This document shows, in pieces, positions 1 through 25,100 of a stretch of DNA of 64,000 nucleotides (its first letter is position 1; each line of letters begins with the position of its first letter). This stretch comes from Lama guanicoe (lineage: Eukaryota): NCBI GenBank assembly GCA_013239625.1, contig MU053487.1, forward strand, positions 3,121,058 to 3,185,057. The letters are read 5' to 3'. The position numbers were made by a program, and so were the translations under genes. The notes below the pieces were generated by a model. That model made no database searches. It was not told where the DNA came from and saw nothing but the letters and a program-made list of their open reading frames with translations.

Positions 1-1419
1 TCGCAGGGAGCTAGAGCTGTTCTTTGGGCCATCCTCGGGTTTAGGCACTCCAGGCGGTCCCACGGGCACAGTAACTGCCCAGTCTCCACCTCCTCCAGCC
101 CTGGCAGTTCCCAGGGTGCCCTCAGGGAAGTCGCTCTTGGGCCATGAGGCCCTGGTGACTGTCACTGCCCCTCCGCGGCCTGCAGCCAAGGGTAGGGGTG
201 ACCCAGAGGAGCCCAAGGCTGCTCTCCTCCAGGGCGTGAGAGGTTGTTTCCAGGCAGTGGGATCCAGGAGGCGAGTCAGGCAGGCCTGTCCCAGCCCCAC
301 CCCCACCCCAGTCTGCGCTCCAGAGGGCTCACCCCCTGAGGGACCCGGTCCCCAGGAAAGCACCTGTCTGAGGGGGACTTGGATAAGACCTGGGACACCG
401 GGACACTGCCGTGGGAACTGGAGCTCAGGGAACCTGGGGGCGGGGTCTGGGCATGGCTGGCAGCTAGCACCAGCCCCACCCACTCGGGGCTCACCGACGC
501 CCCTTTGTCAATACTGATGCTGGACCTTCAGAGATAAGCCGGAGGAGGGGAGAAAGGAAACAGTAGTGCTGCCCCCACCCCCACCCCCGAGAGAGTCCTT
601 GGAACCTGCTAGGCAAGGTCGGGGCAGGCTGCGGGGGCCTGGGGCGGGAAGAGGTCAGTGGGACCGGGGCAGAGAGGAGGAGGGTCATGGCCAGGGCAGC
701 GCTGGTCAAAGTAAGCCAGGCTCTGCCCTTCTGACTCCAGGCCCAGATCCGTAGGAGTGTGGCCCAGCAGAGGGAGAAAGTGGCAGAGCCCCTTCTTGCA
801 CTGGGGAGGAGGAAGGGAGAGGCCAGGCACCCCCTTGTCCTTGTAGCATTCTGGCTGCCTGTGAGCACCACCCTGTGCCCCAGTTTCCTCTCTCTGTGCC
901 AAGAAGGGTATGATCCCACGGGCTGGAGCTTGTCCACACCAGGCACCAAGTGGTGCTGCTCATGTAGGCCTCAGGCCAGGCCCTGGACCCACTGCCATTT
1001 CTCTAGGGTCTGGGGTCACGGGTTACAGGGTGGGACCGTTCTGGAGTAGGGCAGTTATTCCCACCTAAGTTCTTCTGGGTCCCAGGGACCCAGAGAATCC
1101 TGAGGGGAGGGGACTTGGAGAAGTCCTTTTGCAGTGCCCCCCACTAAGCTGCCGAGGCTGCATGCAGCCAGGTGGTGTGTCCTGCTTACAGCGGGGGTGG
1201 AGGGATGTGGCCTCCCCTGCCTTCTTGGAGGAGGAAATGTCAGCTCAGAAAACACCCAAGGAACATCCCCGAAGTCACTCAGCCAGCAGGTGCTTCAGGT
1301 GGCATTAGAGCCTGACTTTGGCGAGGACTCAGTGCCAGGCTGGCTTCAGGACAGAGCCCAGCAAAGGGTCCAAACACACCCCCTCAACCTGGATCAGGCA
1401 CAGGCCACAGAAGCATGTC

Positions 1420-2400
1420 AACAAAGGCTTATTAAGCAACTACTGTGCTCCAGGCACCACTCTAGACAAGAGATCCAGCAGTGAGCGAGGCCCTGCCCAC
1501 AAGGGGTTCACCTTGCAGCTGGGACGTGGACACCAAACAAGATCTAAATCAGTGAGGTCATCAGCGTTGGAAGGCACTAAGAGGAAAGTGGTGAGTACCT
1601 GGGGCTGCTCTGGCTAAGACAGTCAGGGAAGGCCCCTCTAGGGAGGTACCATTCGGTTTTGGTCCAGAATGTGGAAGAGGAACCATGGGAAGATCTAGGG
1701 GAGGTCTTCCAGGCAGAGAAAACAGCAAGTGCAAAGGTCCAGAGACTAGAATGAGGTTGGCGTCTTCAGGGACAAAAAGACTAATGTAGTGAGAACTGGG
1801 GAGTGTGGGAGATGCCGCCAGAGGGACAGGAAATTGGGGGTTCAATTCTAGGGAAGGTTTGAAGTGGGGAGTGGGGTGATCTGATTTATGGTTAAAAGAT
1901 CCCTCTGGCTACAGTGTAAGGATGGACATAGGGGCCTGAGAGACCAAGAGACACCAGGCAGGCTCATGCAGCCAACTAGTGTGAGAGGCTGCCTCCTGGC
2001 ACCGGGCAGGAGTCGTGGAGGGCTGGCCAGGCCCAGGGACCCGGGTGAAACAGCCACTGGCCAGTCTGGTGGGTGGGAGGAAAGGAGAGGAACCCAGGGA
2101 GGCTCCCTGGTTTGGGGCCTGAGCAGCTGGCTGGATGTTCGTGCCATTTCCGGAGGCTCTGAGGAGGCAGGTCTGAGAGAGGCCTGAGGTGAACGGCAAG
2201 TGTGAGGGCAGACGGGCCAGGAGAGATGGAGGAGATGGAGGCTGGGTGGGCTCAGGAGGAGTGGGAGTCGAGGTTGCAGGAGACACTAGCATTTCCACAA
2301 TGTTTACAGCCTGGAGACTGGCATCTGGGAAGGAAACAGAAAGGAGACTGGGTGAAGGCCTGAGCTCCGGGCCTGCTGACATTTAAAAGCCCCTAAGGAG
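1420..2400 (-). mobile_element. L2 LINE remnant
   Basis: Reverse-complement L2 3' end (ttattaagcaactactgtgctccaggcac) and typical internal motifs (aaaagatccctctggct); boundaries approximate. Confidence 0.7.
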
Positions 2401-4009
2401 ATGGCAGAGAGGCCAATGAGGTGAGGAGAAAACTTGGGCTGTGGGCGGTTTCAGGAGGAAGGGGTTCACAGCAGGGTCCCTGCTTGGTGAGAGGGAGGTT
2501 AAGACGAAGACAGGGGGCCACTCCCAGCTTTGCTGAGAGGGGACCCTGGGGACTAGGAAGGATCCATTTGCAGAAGATGCGGGAACAAAGGACGGACAGA
2601 GGAGAGAATCTGGGATAAGGTGGAGAGAAGTAAGTACCAGGATTTTGCCAGGCATGGGGCCAAAAGGAGATGGAGAAACAGGTATGTGCAGGTGGAGCCA
2701 AGCACACACCGTCACAAATGGGAACAGAGGCTCAGCCAGCCATTCTCCCGCACTTGAGGTCAGACACACACAGGGACCGGCCAAGTGCCCTGTGACACAG
2801 ACAGGGACCCAGTAACTGCATCTGTTAAACAATCACACAGTGGCGCAGTGGGACCCCCTACCTTGTGACGGGGAGCAGTAGGGTGGGGACTGGACATGGG
2901 GAAAGGGCCTTAAGGCCAACGGGCAGCTTTTAGCAGTGTGTCTGCACTGAAAGGGGCATCCGCATGGCCTGGGCTATAGCTCAGACTGAGGCCTGTGGTC
3001 TAAGGTAAGGGGTGGCTATGCCCCTGGAGTTTCTGGAACGCTCTGTTTCCAGCTCTCCCCCATCCCAGCATAAGGAAGGAAAGGAGGAGGCAGCGAGGCA
3101 TGGGAGAGGCATCTTCCCTGCAAGGGCCTGGCCTCTCCCACGATGGGTATCAGGGCTCCCCGGGGAGGGCTGTGCCTGGCAGTGGGCCCAAACTTGGGGA
3201 GGGGAGGACGGCAGAGATGCTAGAGGGAGCCCTGGCCACCTTCCCACCTCCTGAAGTGACCTGGGTCTCGGTGGCCTGGCCTGCTGGAGATCAGGGATCA
3301 GGGACTCTCAGAAGGGAAGTAGATTCCACAGCCCACATTTTGGGCCAGCCTAGGCCTCTATCCCAGCTCTTTCTGGCCACCAGTACCCAGGAGGTGAGCC
3401 CTGGCAGACCAGCCATGGCCCTGGGGAGGGGGAGGACTCTCAGAGAGCTGGGTCAATATTTGTTGATTGACTAATTAACTGAATCAGTGTGAATGCCCAA
3501 CCTGCAGAGCACTGGGGTGTGTCGCATGGGGCGGAGCAGGGATTGAGTTACAGTGGAGAGGCGGGCGATGGGCAGAGCCTGGCCCCACGCCAGGCCCAGC
3601 ACTGCCCACAGGCTGGGTGAAGGCGCCAGCAGTTTCCAGCAGGTAGGCCAGGCCTGGAGGGGGCTCCGGGACCCGGGTGAGGTGGGGCTGTTCTGAATCA
3701 GGGGTGTACAGCGTGGGGTCACTGGGCTCAGAGTGGCCGAGGGGCCAGCAGAACTGGGGAGGCACCGAGTAGCAGGTGAGAACACTGGTGGGGGAGGGAG
3801 GACACGGCCAGAGCAACCCTCAGGGCAGAAAGTGGCAGATTTTCTGTGGGGTGGGGGGTCGTCCATGTCCCGCAGAGTCCGTACGCCTAGGGCCTGGGCC
3901 CTGCCCCCTCCTCCCACTCCAGCCGGCAGGGCCCCTCCCCCCTTCCTGGAAGTCGCCAAAGTGACCTCAGGGTCCGCCCCTTCACAGGTGCCTCAGGAGG
4001 AGGAAGTTG

Positions 4010-4590
4010 CCGGGAGAGAAAGGGGCACCAAAGGAGGGAAGGGGCCTTGGGTAGAGAGAGGGGGCACCTGGAGGAAAGGTGGGGCACCGAGGAGGGAAGG
4101 GGACATCTGGAGAAGAAAGGGAGCCCCTGGGGGGCTCAGGGGAGAGAAGAGGAGGCCAGGGAGAGAGGGTGCATTAGGGCAGGAAAGGGGTATGAGGGGG
4201 GCTCTCAGGGAAAGGAGGGGACGCTGGGGGACAGAAGGGGGTGTCTGGAGGAGGACGAGGGCATGGAGAGCGAGGAGGTAGAGTCAGGACACAGGGAGCT
4301 CCGGGGAGGGAGGACGCATGGGGGAGGGGGCACCCCGGGAAGGAGGGGTGCACCGGGAAAGAAGGGTATGTCAGAGGAGGAACTGGGCATCTGGGGAGAT
4401 GGAGAGAGTGAGCCCCCAGGAAATAGAAGGGGGCTTCTGTAGGAGGTAAGGACACTGGGTGCGGGAGTCCCAGTCAGGGTGGGTGATGGAAGGGAGTTGC
4501 TCAGGTGGGAGAGACTGGTGGGTCAGAAGGGATGCTCTGGGGAGGGGAGGGACCTCCTGGGGGAAGGAGAGGGTGCTGGGGAGAGAGGGC
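4010..4590. repeat. Purine/G-rich decayed minisatellite, unit about 19-20 bp
   Basis: GGGGCACC-type starts at 4022, 4041, 4061, 4081, 4099, 4119; strong purine strand skew. Confidence 0.7.
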
Positions 4591-5879
4591 CCCCACCCTT
4601 TGAGCATCCCTCTCCATCCCGCCAGAGCCTAGCTGGAAGCTGGTGAACACAGGTTATGTGGGGATGAGGCCTCGGGTCCTGGAGCCTGAGAGTTTGGCTC
4701 CCCAGGCTGGCCCTGGATATCAGGTCCCCCTCCCAGTGCCCTGGAGGTGATGGCTTCCCTGCCCAGTGAAACCAGCCCGGTCCCAACGTCCTGGCCACAG
4801 TCTGACTTCCCTGTCCCACATGGGGCCCTGGTGCCCACTGTGCTGAGACAGCCAGTCCTCTTGTCAGTTTTTCACACTTCCATGATCTACAGTGCACAGT
4901 CTATGCCTTTGGTCACTGCCTGCCTGTGCCCTGGTCATTATCACTGGTCACTGCTTCTGTCTGCCACCATTGAATGTCACGATGCCTGTCACTCGATTTC
5001 ATCACATGTTTTCTGTTGCTTGAGCACCATCACGTGGTCACCGTGTCTGCCTGTCACTTGTGACACTGTCACAGCAATAGGCCATTACTGCAGCAGCACT
5101 TCTGAGTGCAGTAAACAAGAGGACAAGCCCCTGGCCCAGGGAATCCTCTGCTCTAGTGAAGAGACCAGGCCCATAGCACACGGGGTCTGCAGCACAGGTT
5201 CAGGGGGGCAGCTCTAGCCCCGGCAGGACCCCCCTCTGCCTGCCCTGCTCTGGGCAGCTCCCCCCACTCCCTCCCACCACACACACACACACACACACGT
5301 CTGGCCACCTTGGTCCCCTTTGAGAGAGCTAGGTGCTTCCTATAGTGCACTGTGAGCTAACCAAGGCCTGTGTCTGGCCTGGAAGAAGGCGTAAGGGATG
5401 CAGGCCAGTCACTGCCACCTGTCATGCTGTTGTTCTGATTCACTAAGTCTGTATCTCCCCTCCCACCTGTTTCCCCTCGTTGTACAGGATCAGCCAAGTC
5501 AAGGGTGTTCCTCCTGCTGATACGACAGGGCTGGAGTGGACTGGGGAGTGGGGTGGGGCAAGTGAACACCACATCAGGGCCACCAGGAGTGAGAAATTCA
5601 GAAAGAAGGGACCTCTGGGTCTGTTGAGCTAAGCAGCAGCAAGAAGGAAAAGTTGCAGCTGTCAGCAACTTAATTTAGCTGTCAAAAGAACTGCCAGGGG
5701 TGAAGGAATGACCAAACTTCACACAGAAGTTTCTGAAGGAGGGGTGCAGGGAAGCCTGGGGTAGTTGAGAGTCATCTGGTGACATGTAACAAAATTCAGA
5801 GCCCCCTCTTCTTCCCCAGATACCTCTCATTCCACGCTTCTTTCTCCTGTGAGCGCTCAGAACGATGGTTGGAGCGCAG

Positions 5880-8010
5880 CTAAATCGCTGTTTGCAGAGC
5901 TGGGGGCTGTTTTCTGAGTCTGTGTGCATTAAGCGTTCAGTTCTGTTTCAAGAACTTAAGAGTGTTTTGGCCTGATTTACCCAATCCGCTCATGTTAGCT
6001 AAGCCTGTCACTTGCTGCAGAGTCTCTCACCGTCTTCAGAGACAGTCCATGTGTGCAGAGTCCGCCCTGGGTTTGCAGAACCTCTATCTTCTCTGCAGAG
6101 CCTCTTTCTGTCCTGAGCCTGTTTTGAGAGTCTGTCTTTTTTCAGAACCTGGGGCTTTGTAAACAGTCTGTCCTTATTGCCCCATGGATAAGATATGCAT
6201 TTATTGCAAAAGGTGCCCTACAGGCAAGCCTGTCCCTGTCTACCGAGCTTGTCCTGTGTCCTTGTCTGGGACACCTCTTTCTGCCTAAAGACAATGTCCC
6301 TGTTTACAAAGCTCTGTCTGTTTACAGTACCTGTCCCTGTCAGCAGAACCTGTTTCCTCTGCAGGAAGTATCTCTGTCTTTTGACCATGTCCCTGTTCAC
6401 AGAGTCTCTTCCTATTTCAGAGCCTGGTTCTGTCTGCAGAACCTGAACCCTATCTGTACAGCCTGTGACCTTTTTCGGGGCCTTTACACAGCTTATCTGA
6501 ACATCCCTGGATAGAAACTGTCTGTCTGCAGGCTCTATTCATAGGAGGAGTTTCCCACCACCAGGGGACGCTGTGTCTGCCTGGGAGCACATCCCTTGTT
6601 GGCAGAGCCCTGTCTGTCTGCACAGTCTGTTCCTAATTCCATGTGTACTTGTTATCAGAACCTGTCCCTCTTCACAAAGACTTTATCTGTTTATAGAACT
6701 CATCCTTTTCAGTAAAGACTGTCCTTGTTTGCAGAACCTGGGCTCTCTACAAAACCCTGTGTCAAGAGGTTGCGCACATCTGGGGCATCTGTGCCGGAAC
6801 ACAGAGCTGATTTCCCTGCCAGCTCACTTCAGCAAGTCCTGCCCTCTCTGAAGATGCTGTCACTGTTAACAGGGTCTGTCTGTTTGCAGAGCCTGTGTGA
6901 GCTCACAAAATCTCTCTCTATCTGCAAAGTCTCTATCGAAAGAGGCTTTGTCTGCAGAACCTGTGTCTTTTTGCAGAGCCCAGATCTCTCTGCAGAGCTC
7001 ATGATTGCTTGCCCAGCCCATTCCCATCTCCCTGTATGCAGGGTTTGAGGCTGTTTCCCACGGCTGTCCCTGCATGCAGAGCCTGACCACACTCAGAGAG
7101 CTTTTGCCTGTTTCAGAGCCTGCCTCTGTCTGGGAAGCATTTCTCTGACTGACGATTCTGTGCCTGTCTGCAGAGCCTTGCCTTTCTCAATCTCTGTCCA
7201 TATCTGCCGAGTCTGTCCCTCATGCAAAGTGTCCCTGTCTTAAGAGCTTGTCCTCATCTACATTTGCAGAGCCTTTCCCAGTTCTGCGAAGCTCCTCCAC
7301 ACCTGCAGAACCTGGGGCTGTTTCCAGAGCCCTTCTCAGCGTTCACAACCTTTGCTTGATGCCCAGCCTGTCTGAGTCCGAATTTCCCAGGGTGCAGTCC
7401 GTGTCTCTTTGTGGAGGTTTCCCCTACAAAGGTGGTCCCAGTTGACAGAACCCACCTTTGTCAGGAGACCTGTGCCTGTTGCATTGCTTCCTTCAGTCTG
7501 GGAAAGCTGTCCCTGTTTGCAGAACCTCTGCTTGTGTGCAGAGCCTTTTCTGTTTACACAGCCTCTCCCTTTCTGCAGGCACAGTGCCTCTTTGCAAGGC
7601 CATTTCCCAGCTCTCTGGAAGACCTGTGCCTGTTTGCCTTGTATGCAGAGCCTCTCTCTCTGTGGGAGCCTGTCCCCATTCACAGTCTGTCCCTGCCTGC
7701 AGCATCTGTTGTTACTAGCAGAGCTTTGCCTGTCTGCATAACCTATCGCTGTCCACAGGGACTTCCCCTGACTGCAGACCCATGTCTGTCTGTACCGCCT
7801 GTTTCTAACTCCCTGTTTGCAGAGGTTGTCCGTAGACTCAAAGCCTGTTACTGTCCACAGAGCTCAGCCCTGTTTCAAGAGCACAGACACAGACGGCAAG
7901 CCAGATCCCAGTTTGCAAAGCTTCTGTGCCACCGTCTGTGGTACCTGTCCTGGTTTGCTGGCACTTGTGTTCCCATAGCCACCTGTGTGCCGAATGAAAG
8001 GCACAGTCTA
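5880..8010. repeat. Highly diverged tandem repeat, unit about 19 bp (CCTGTCCCTGTTTGCAGAG-like)
   Basis: Recurrent ctgtc..tgtttgcaga(g/a)cc, e.g. 6719-6738, 6876-6893, 7507-7526. Confidence 0.7.
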
Positions 8011-8131
8011 TGATGAAGGTGCTTTGGGGAGCTGTGGGTAGGGACAACTCTCGCTGGGAGTCCACAGTATGGGCAGCCACTGCCTAAGGCCTCTGGCTCT
8101 TGTTCCCTCCCTCTCCCCTGCCTGACCTAGG

Positions 8132-21380
<13,249 letters not shown>

Positions 21381-21494
21381 ACCCAGGCCCTGCCCCTCAC
21401 ATGGCCAGACCCCCGCGAGCACCTCCTGACACCCACCTGAGGCCCTGGGGAGGCCCTACCGGCAGTCTCTACTCAGAGACGCCTGGGTCACTAA

Positions 21495-21500
21495 AATAAA
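21495..21500 (+). terminator. VILL polyadenylation signal AATAAA
   Basis: Canonical hexamer about 115 nt after the stop, followed by GT-rich sequence. Confidence 0.8.
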
Positions 21501-21796
21501 AGCCTGTGGTCATCACAAGGTGTGGTGAGGGGGCTTTCGGGTCTGGGTCACTCAGTAGGGATGCCTCTGGGGGGAGCAGGACATTCCAAAGACCAAGCCC
21601 TCCATACCCTCTGCCGCAGAGGGGTTTGCTTCTTGCCAGTCCTTCCTGCCCAGGGGGACAGACCCACTGCCTCCAGTGTGAGTGTGGAGAAGTGGAGAGT
21701 GAGGTGCTGGGGCCCCAGTGCTCTGGGACACATACACACATTACAGGGATTTTCTGGTGTCCAGGTAAAGAGACCACAGGACTTACTCTTACGATT

Positions 21797-21802
21797 TTTA
21801 TA
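21797..21802 (-). terminator. Candidate PLCD1 polyadenylation signal (TATAAA variant)
   Basis: Best PAS-like hexamer I saw on the minus strand after the PLCD1 stop, with a GU-rich stretch downstream on the minus strand. Confidence 0.45.
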
Positions 21803-22056
21803 AAAACCCTCAACCTAGGGCCGGCCAGAGGATGGAGAAGGCTGCAGTGTGGTTCCTAACGGAATTGAGGACAGCTCCAGGGACTGGGCCAGCTCCTGGG
21901 ACCCCGGAGAGGCAGCAGCGCAGACAATAGGTTAGAGCTGAAGGCAGTGCGGGGCCACCAGCTCCGAGCAAGAGGGTGAGACAGCCCTTGTCCTGCCCCC
22001 GGGTGTGGGCAGAGGGCCTGGTCTGTGTGAGGCAGTCCCCACCAGACTCCCCAGGC

Positions 22057-22142
22057 CTAGTCCTGGAGGGTCACCTTCACAAAGAGGGTGGCAGATGGGT
22101 GCTGGTCTCCGTTCTTGGACAGGAGGTGGACGTGGCGGTATC
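22057..22142 (-). CDS. PLCD1: PLCD1 last coding exon ([31 protein letters not shown])
   Basis: tgccag| acceptor, TAG stop at 22059-22057. Confidence 0.95.
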
Positions 22143-25100
22143 CTGGCAGGCGGATGGGCAGGACGCACAGGGAAGAGTTCCGGTCACTCAGGGAGGATGC
22201 TTCAGGGGACAGCTGGCCCCTGCCCAAAGATGCCTCCCCCCTTGCCATCCCCTCCTTCGGGCACACACTCACCCTGCTTGAGGCTGCCCAAGGGGATGGT
22301 GCTCTGGCCGATAAAGTCATTCTTGGAGGAGGCATCGTAATCCTCTACCACGAAGCGCAGGAGTGCGAGCTCTGGCACAACCACCTCAAACTCAAACTCC
22401 GTGTCCCACCACGGGTTGAAACCTAGGAGTGCAGGCACCATGTCAACAGCATGGACGCCAGCTCCAGAAGCTGTGCCTGGCCTAGGCCCAGCACTTACCG
22501 TTATTGGTGACCACAGCCGTCTGGCGGCTGGCCACGTCCCGGCCCACGCCATGGACCTCTACTGTCACCTTGGGGTCCACGATTGAGTTCTTATTCTTGT
22601 TGACTTTTGGCAGCTGCTGCCCTGAGATGACCTGCAGGAGGCAGAGGACAATGAAGGGTTCAGGATGGTAGTGAGTGGAGAAGGGAGGCCCACGGGCACC
22701 TGTCCCTCCTGTGCCTGGCCTTACCCTGACCGTGAGCCGCTTCCGAGTCCACCAGGGCCCCTGAGCCAGGGCTCGGGAGTTGAAGGTAGAGTTGGGGTCT
22801 CGCAGGAAGTCAGGCTTCAGCACGTACCCACAGGCCCCATTGTCCTGGAAGCGGCCCTGGTATACATCCATCTCTGGCCCAGGTGTCTGGAAGTTCAGGG
22901 CCACTACAGGCAGGACAGAGCAATCACAGGCTGTGGGCTGGCCTGGGGGGCCCCAGAACTCAGCCTTCTTGGGGTACACTGAGGCCTAGAGTCACACGGT
23001 GAGGCAGAAGCAGGGTCTGGGATCACTCCGATGCCTACTGCCCTCCTGCCCCCTAAGTCACCCACCACACCAACCTCGAATTCCATTTCTGGTGCTGGAA
23101 TTCAAAGGACAAGTGTGCTAATGATTGGATTTCAGATACTGTGATTTGCTAGTGGAGGGAATGTCCAGCTCCTGGATTACCAGCTCCTGAGCCCACAGAT
23201 CCCTGCATCTGGCTCTGCCTGGGTCTCCAGAGGCTCCTGGCCCCTGACCCTCCAGACAGAAACCTTCATCCAGGCCTCCTCCCAGCTCCAGCCAGCCCAT
23301 ACCAATCTGGCAGCCTGCGTTCCACATCTCCACAGGGTTATAGTTAGAAGAGTCCGTTCTCCAGCCAGCAGGGTAGATCCTGCTCAGGTGACTCACGTTG
23401 TGGCGGACAAAGTTGTTTCCTGAGGTGGGTGTGGGCTGGTTAGAAGTGGAGGCCATCTGGTGAGCCCAAGCCCCTCCCTACCAGCTCTGTCTGTTAACAG
23501 CAGAGGGGAGGGAGTGCCGGCTCTGGGTGATATTCCAAGGGGTGGGAGCCAGTCCTGACCCTGGCCAGCTCAGGTGGTCAGAGAGATGGACAGCATCCTG
23601 GGGGTGCAGGGCCAGGCTTACCTGATTCTTGCAGCAGTCGGAGGGCGCGGTTCTCAGAGAAGGATACCATCTCATAGAAAGCCTGTCCCGGGGTTCCAGG
23701 GCTGTGGAAGCCCCGAAAATGGACGCTCTTGCAGTAAATGACCATATCAGAGAGCTCCTTCACTAGCCTGAGCTTGTCCTCCTGGGGGCCACGGGGAGGC
23801 CCAGGTTAGATTCAGAGGTTGGGGCAGGTGGGCACTGAGAGAGCCAGAAACCCAGACACGGAAAGACAGGGAGACAGAGAGAGGGGGGCAGAGGGTCTGA
23901 GTGGCAGCCACAGAGAACCTGGACAAGGCAAACATCCCATGGGGTGATGGAGGGTGATGGAGGGTGATGGGAGAGGGCCCCAGGGCTGCTTCCCCCTCCC
24001 TCCCCCCGTAGCTCCCCCTCCAACCTTGGGCTTGTGCTGCACGCGGCTCCTCACTGCCTCATCCTCCATCTCAGCAGCCTCATCCTCATCTGACACCACG
24101 ATGGCCTCAGGGCTGCCTTCCCCTCCAGGGGGGAGAAGCCCCCCAAGCTTCTTCCCCTTCAGCAAGATCTTCCCCTTCAATTGCTAAGGATGGGATGGGG
24201 GGGGCAGCTGGTCAAGACTCAGCTGGACTCCAACCACTCCCCTGTCCTTTCCTCAGGGAACCCCATCCAGCACCTCAGGGGAAGGCAGGCTGGTGGTGAC
24301 CCCATCCAAAGGCCGGTCCAACAGCATAGGGCCAAGGAGGTTGTGCAGGTGTCGCGCCATCACGCGCTGCTGCTCCAGGCTGCAGTGGTTCTCCAGGGAC
24401 AGGATGACGGGATAGGGGGACGCCTGGAGGCCCAAGGGTAGATTAGGAGGGATTGGGCTCCCCAGCATCGCTTTCCCCACCCCCAGGGGTGTACCCACCT
24501 TGAAGGCATAGTCCCGGATGGCCCTGAGCACGTCGCAGAAGAGGATCTTGGAGGTGAAGGTGTAGCCATGGTAGATGAGCGGCTCCAGGTTGGGCCCATC
24601 CCAGCAATCGAGCTCCAGGCAGCGGCAGCCTTTGCACAGTGCCCTGCGAGTTGGGTGGTGGCTGGGCCCACGGTCCCACCCCGCAGGCCCCGCCCCGCCC
24701 TGGTTGTCCCGCCCCCGCAGGGCCGCACCGGATGTAGGCTTCGGTGCTGCTGGGCCCGGTGAGCTGGTCTTCCAGCAGGTAGGTGTTGTGTGAGGACGAC
24801 ACCAGGTAGTGGCTGAGCGGCTGGCCCATGTCCTGGTAGACCCGCCGGTGCTCCAGGTTGAAGGCGTTGCCGTCGGCCGAGAGCAGGTACATGAGGAAGC
24901 CATCCTTGGTCATCTGTCGCTGCGCCTTGGCTGGGAGGCGGGAGGCGGGAGGCCGGGGCCTGTCAGAGGCCTCCCCGGCCAGCCGCCTCCAGGGAACAGG
25001 GGACCTTCCCGGCGTTACCGCTTTGGGAGAAGGGTCCCGCACTCCCCCTGTCTCGGGTCCTGAACTGGTCCTTGATATCTCTTGTAAGGGGGTAAGTTTG

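Noticed and set aside
3451..3490. AT-rich motif resembling HNF1/FOX sites (gtcaatatttgttgattgactaattaact)
   Set aside because: Also matches an L2 3' tail remnant; I cannot support a regulatory call
5880..8010. Repeat array as a CRISPR-like or coding repeat system
   Set aside because: No identical repeats with unique spacers, no consistent open frame, and mammalian context
116..8080. Many 60-200 aa ORFs upstream of VILL, including the Cys/Leu-rich 7411-8013 ORF
   Set aside because: No recognisable domains; explained by GC-rich DNA, low-complexity tracts and the 19-bp decayed repeat; many start at GTG/TTG
24184..24200. TCCTTAG before PLCD1 exon 9 resembling a U12 branch site
   Set aside because: It is the acceptor itself, and the matching donor (gtgctg) is not U12-type
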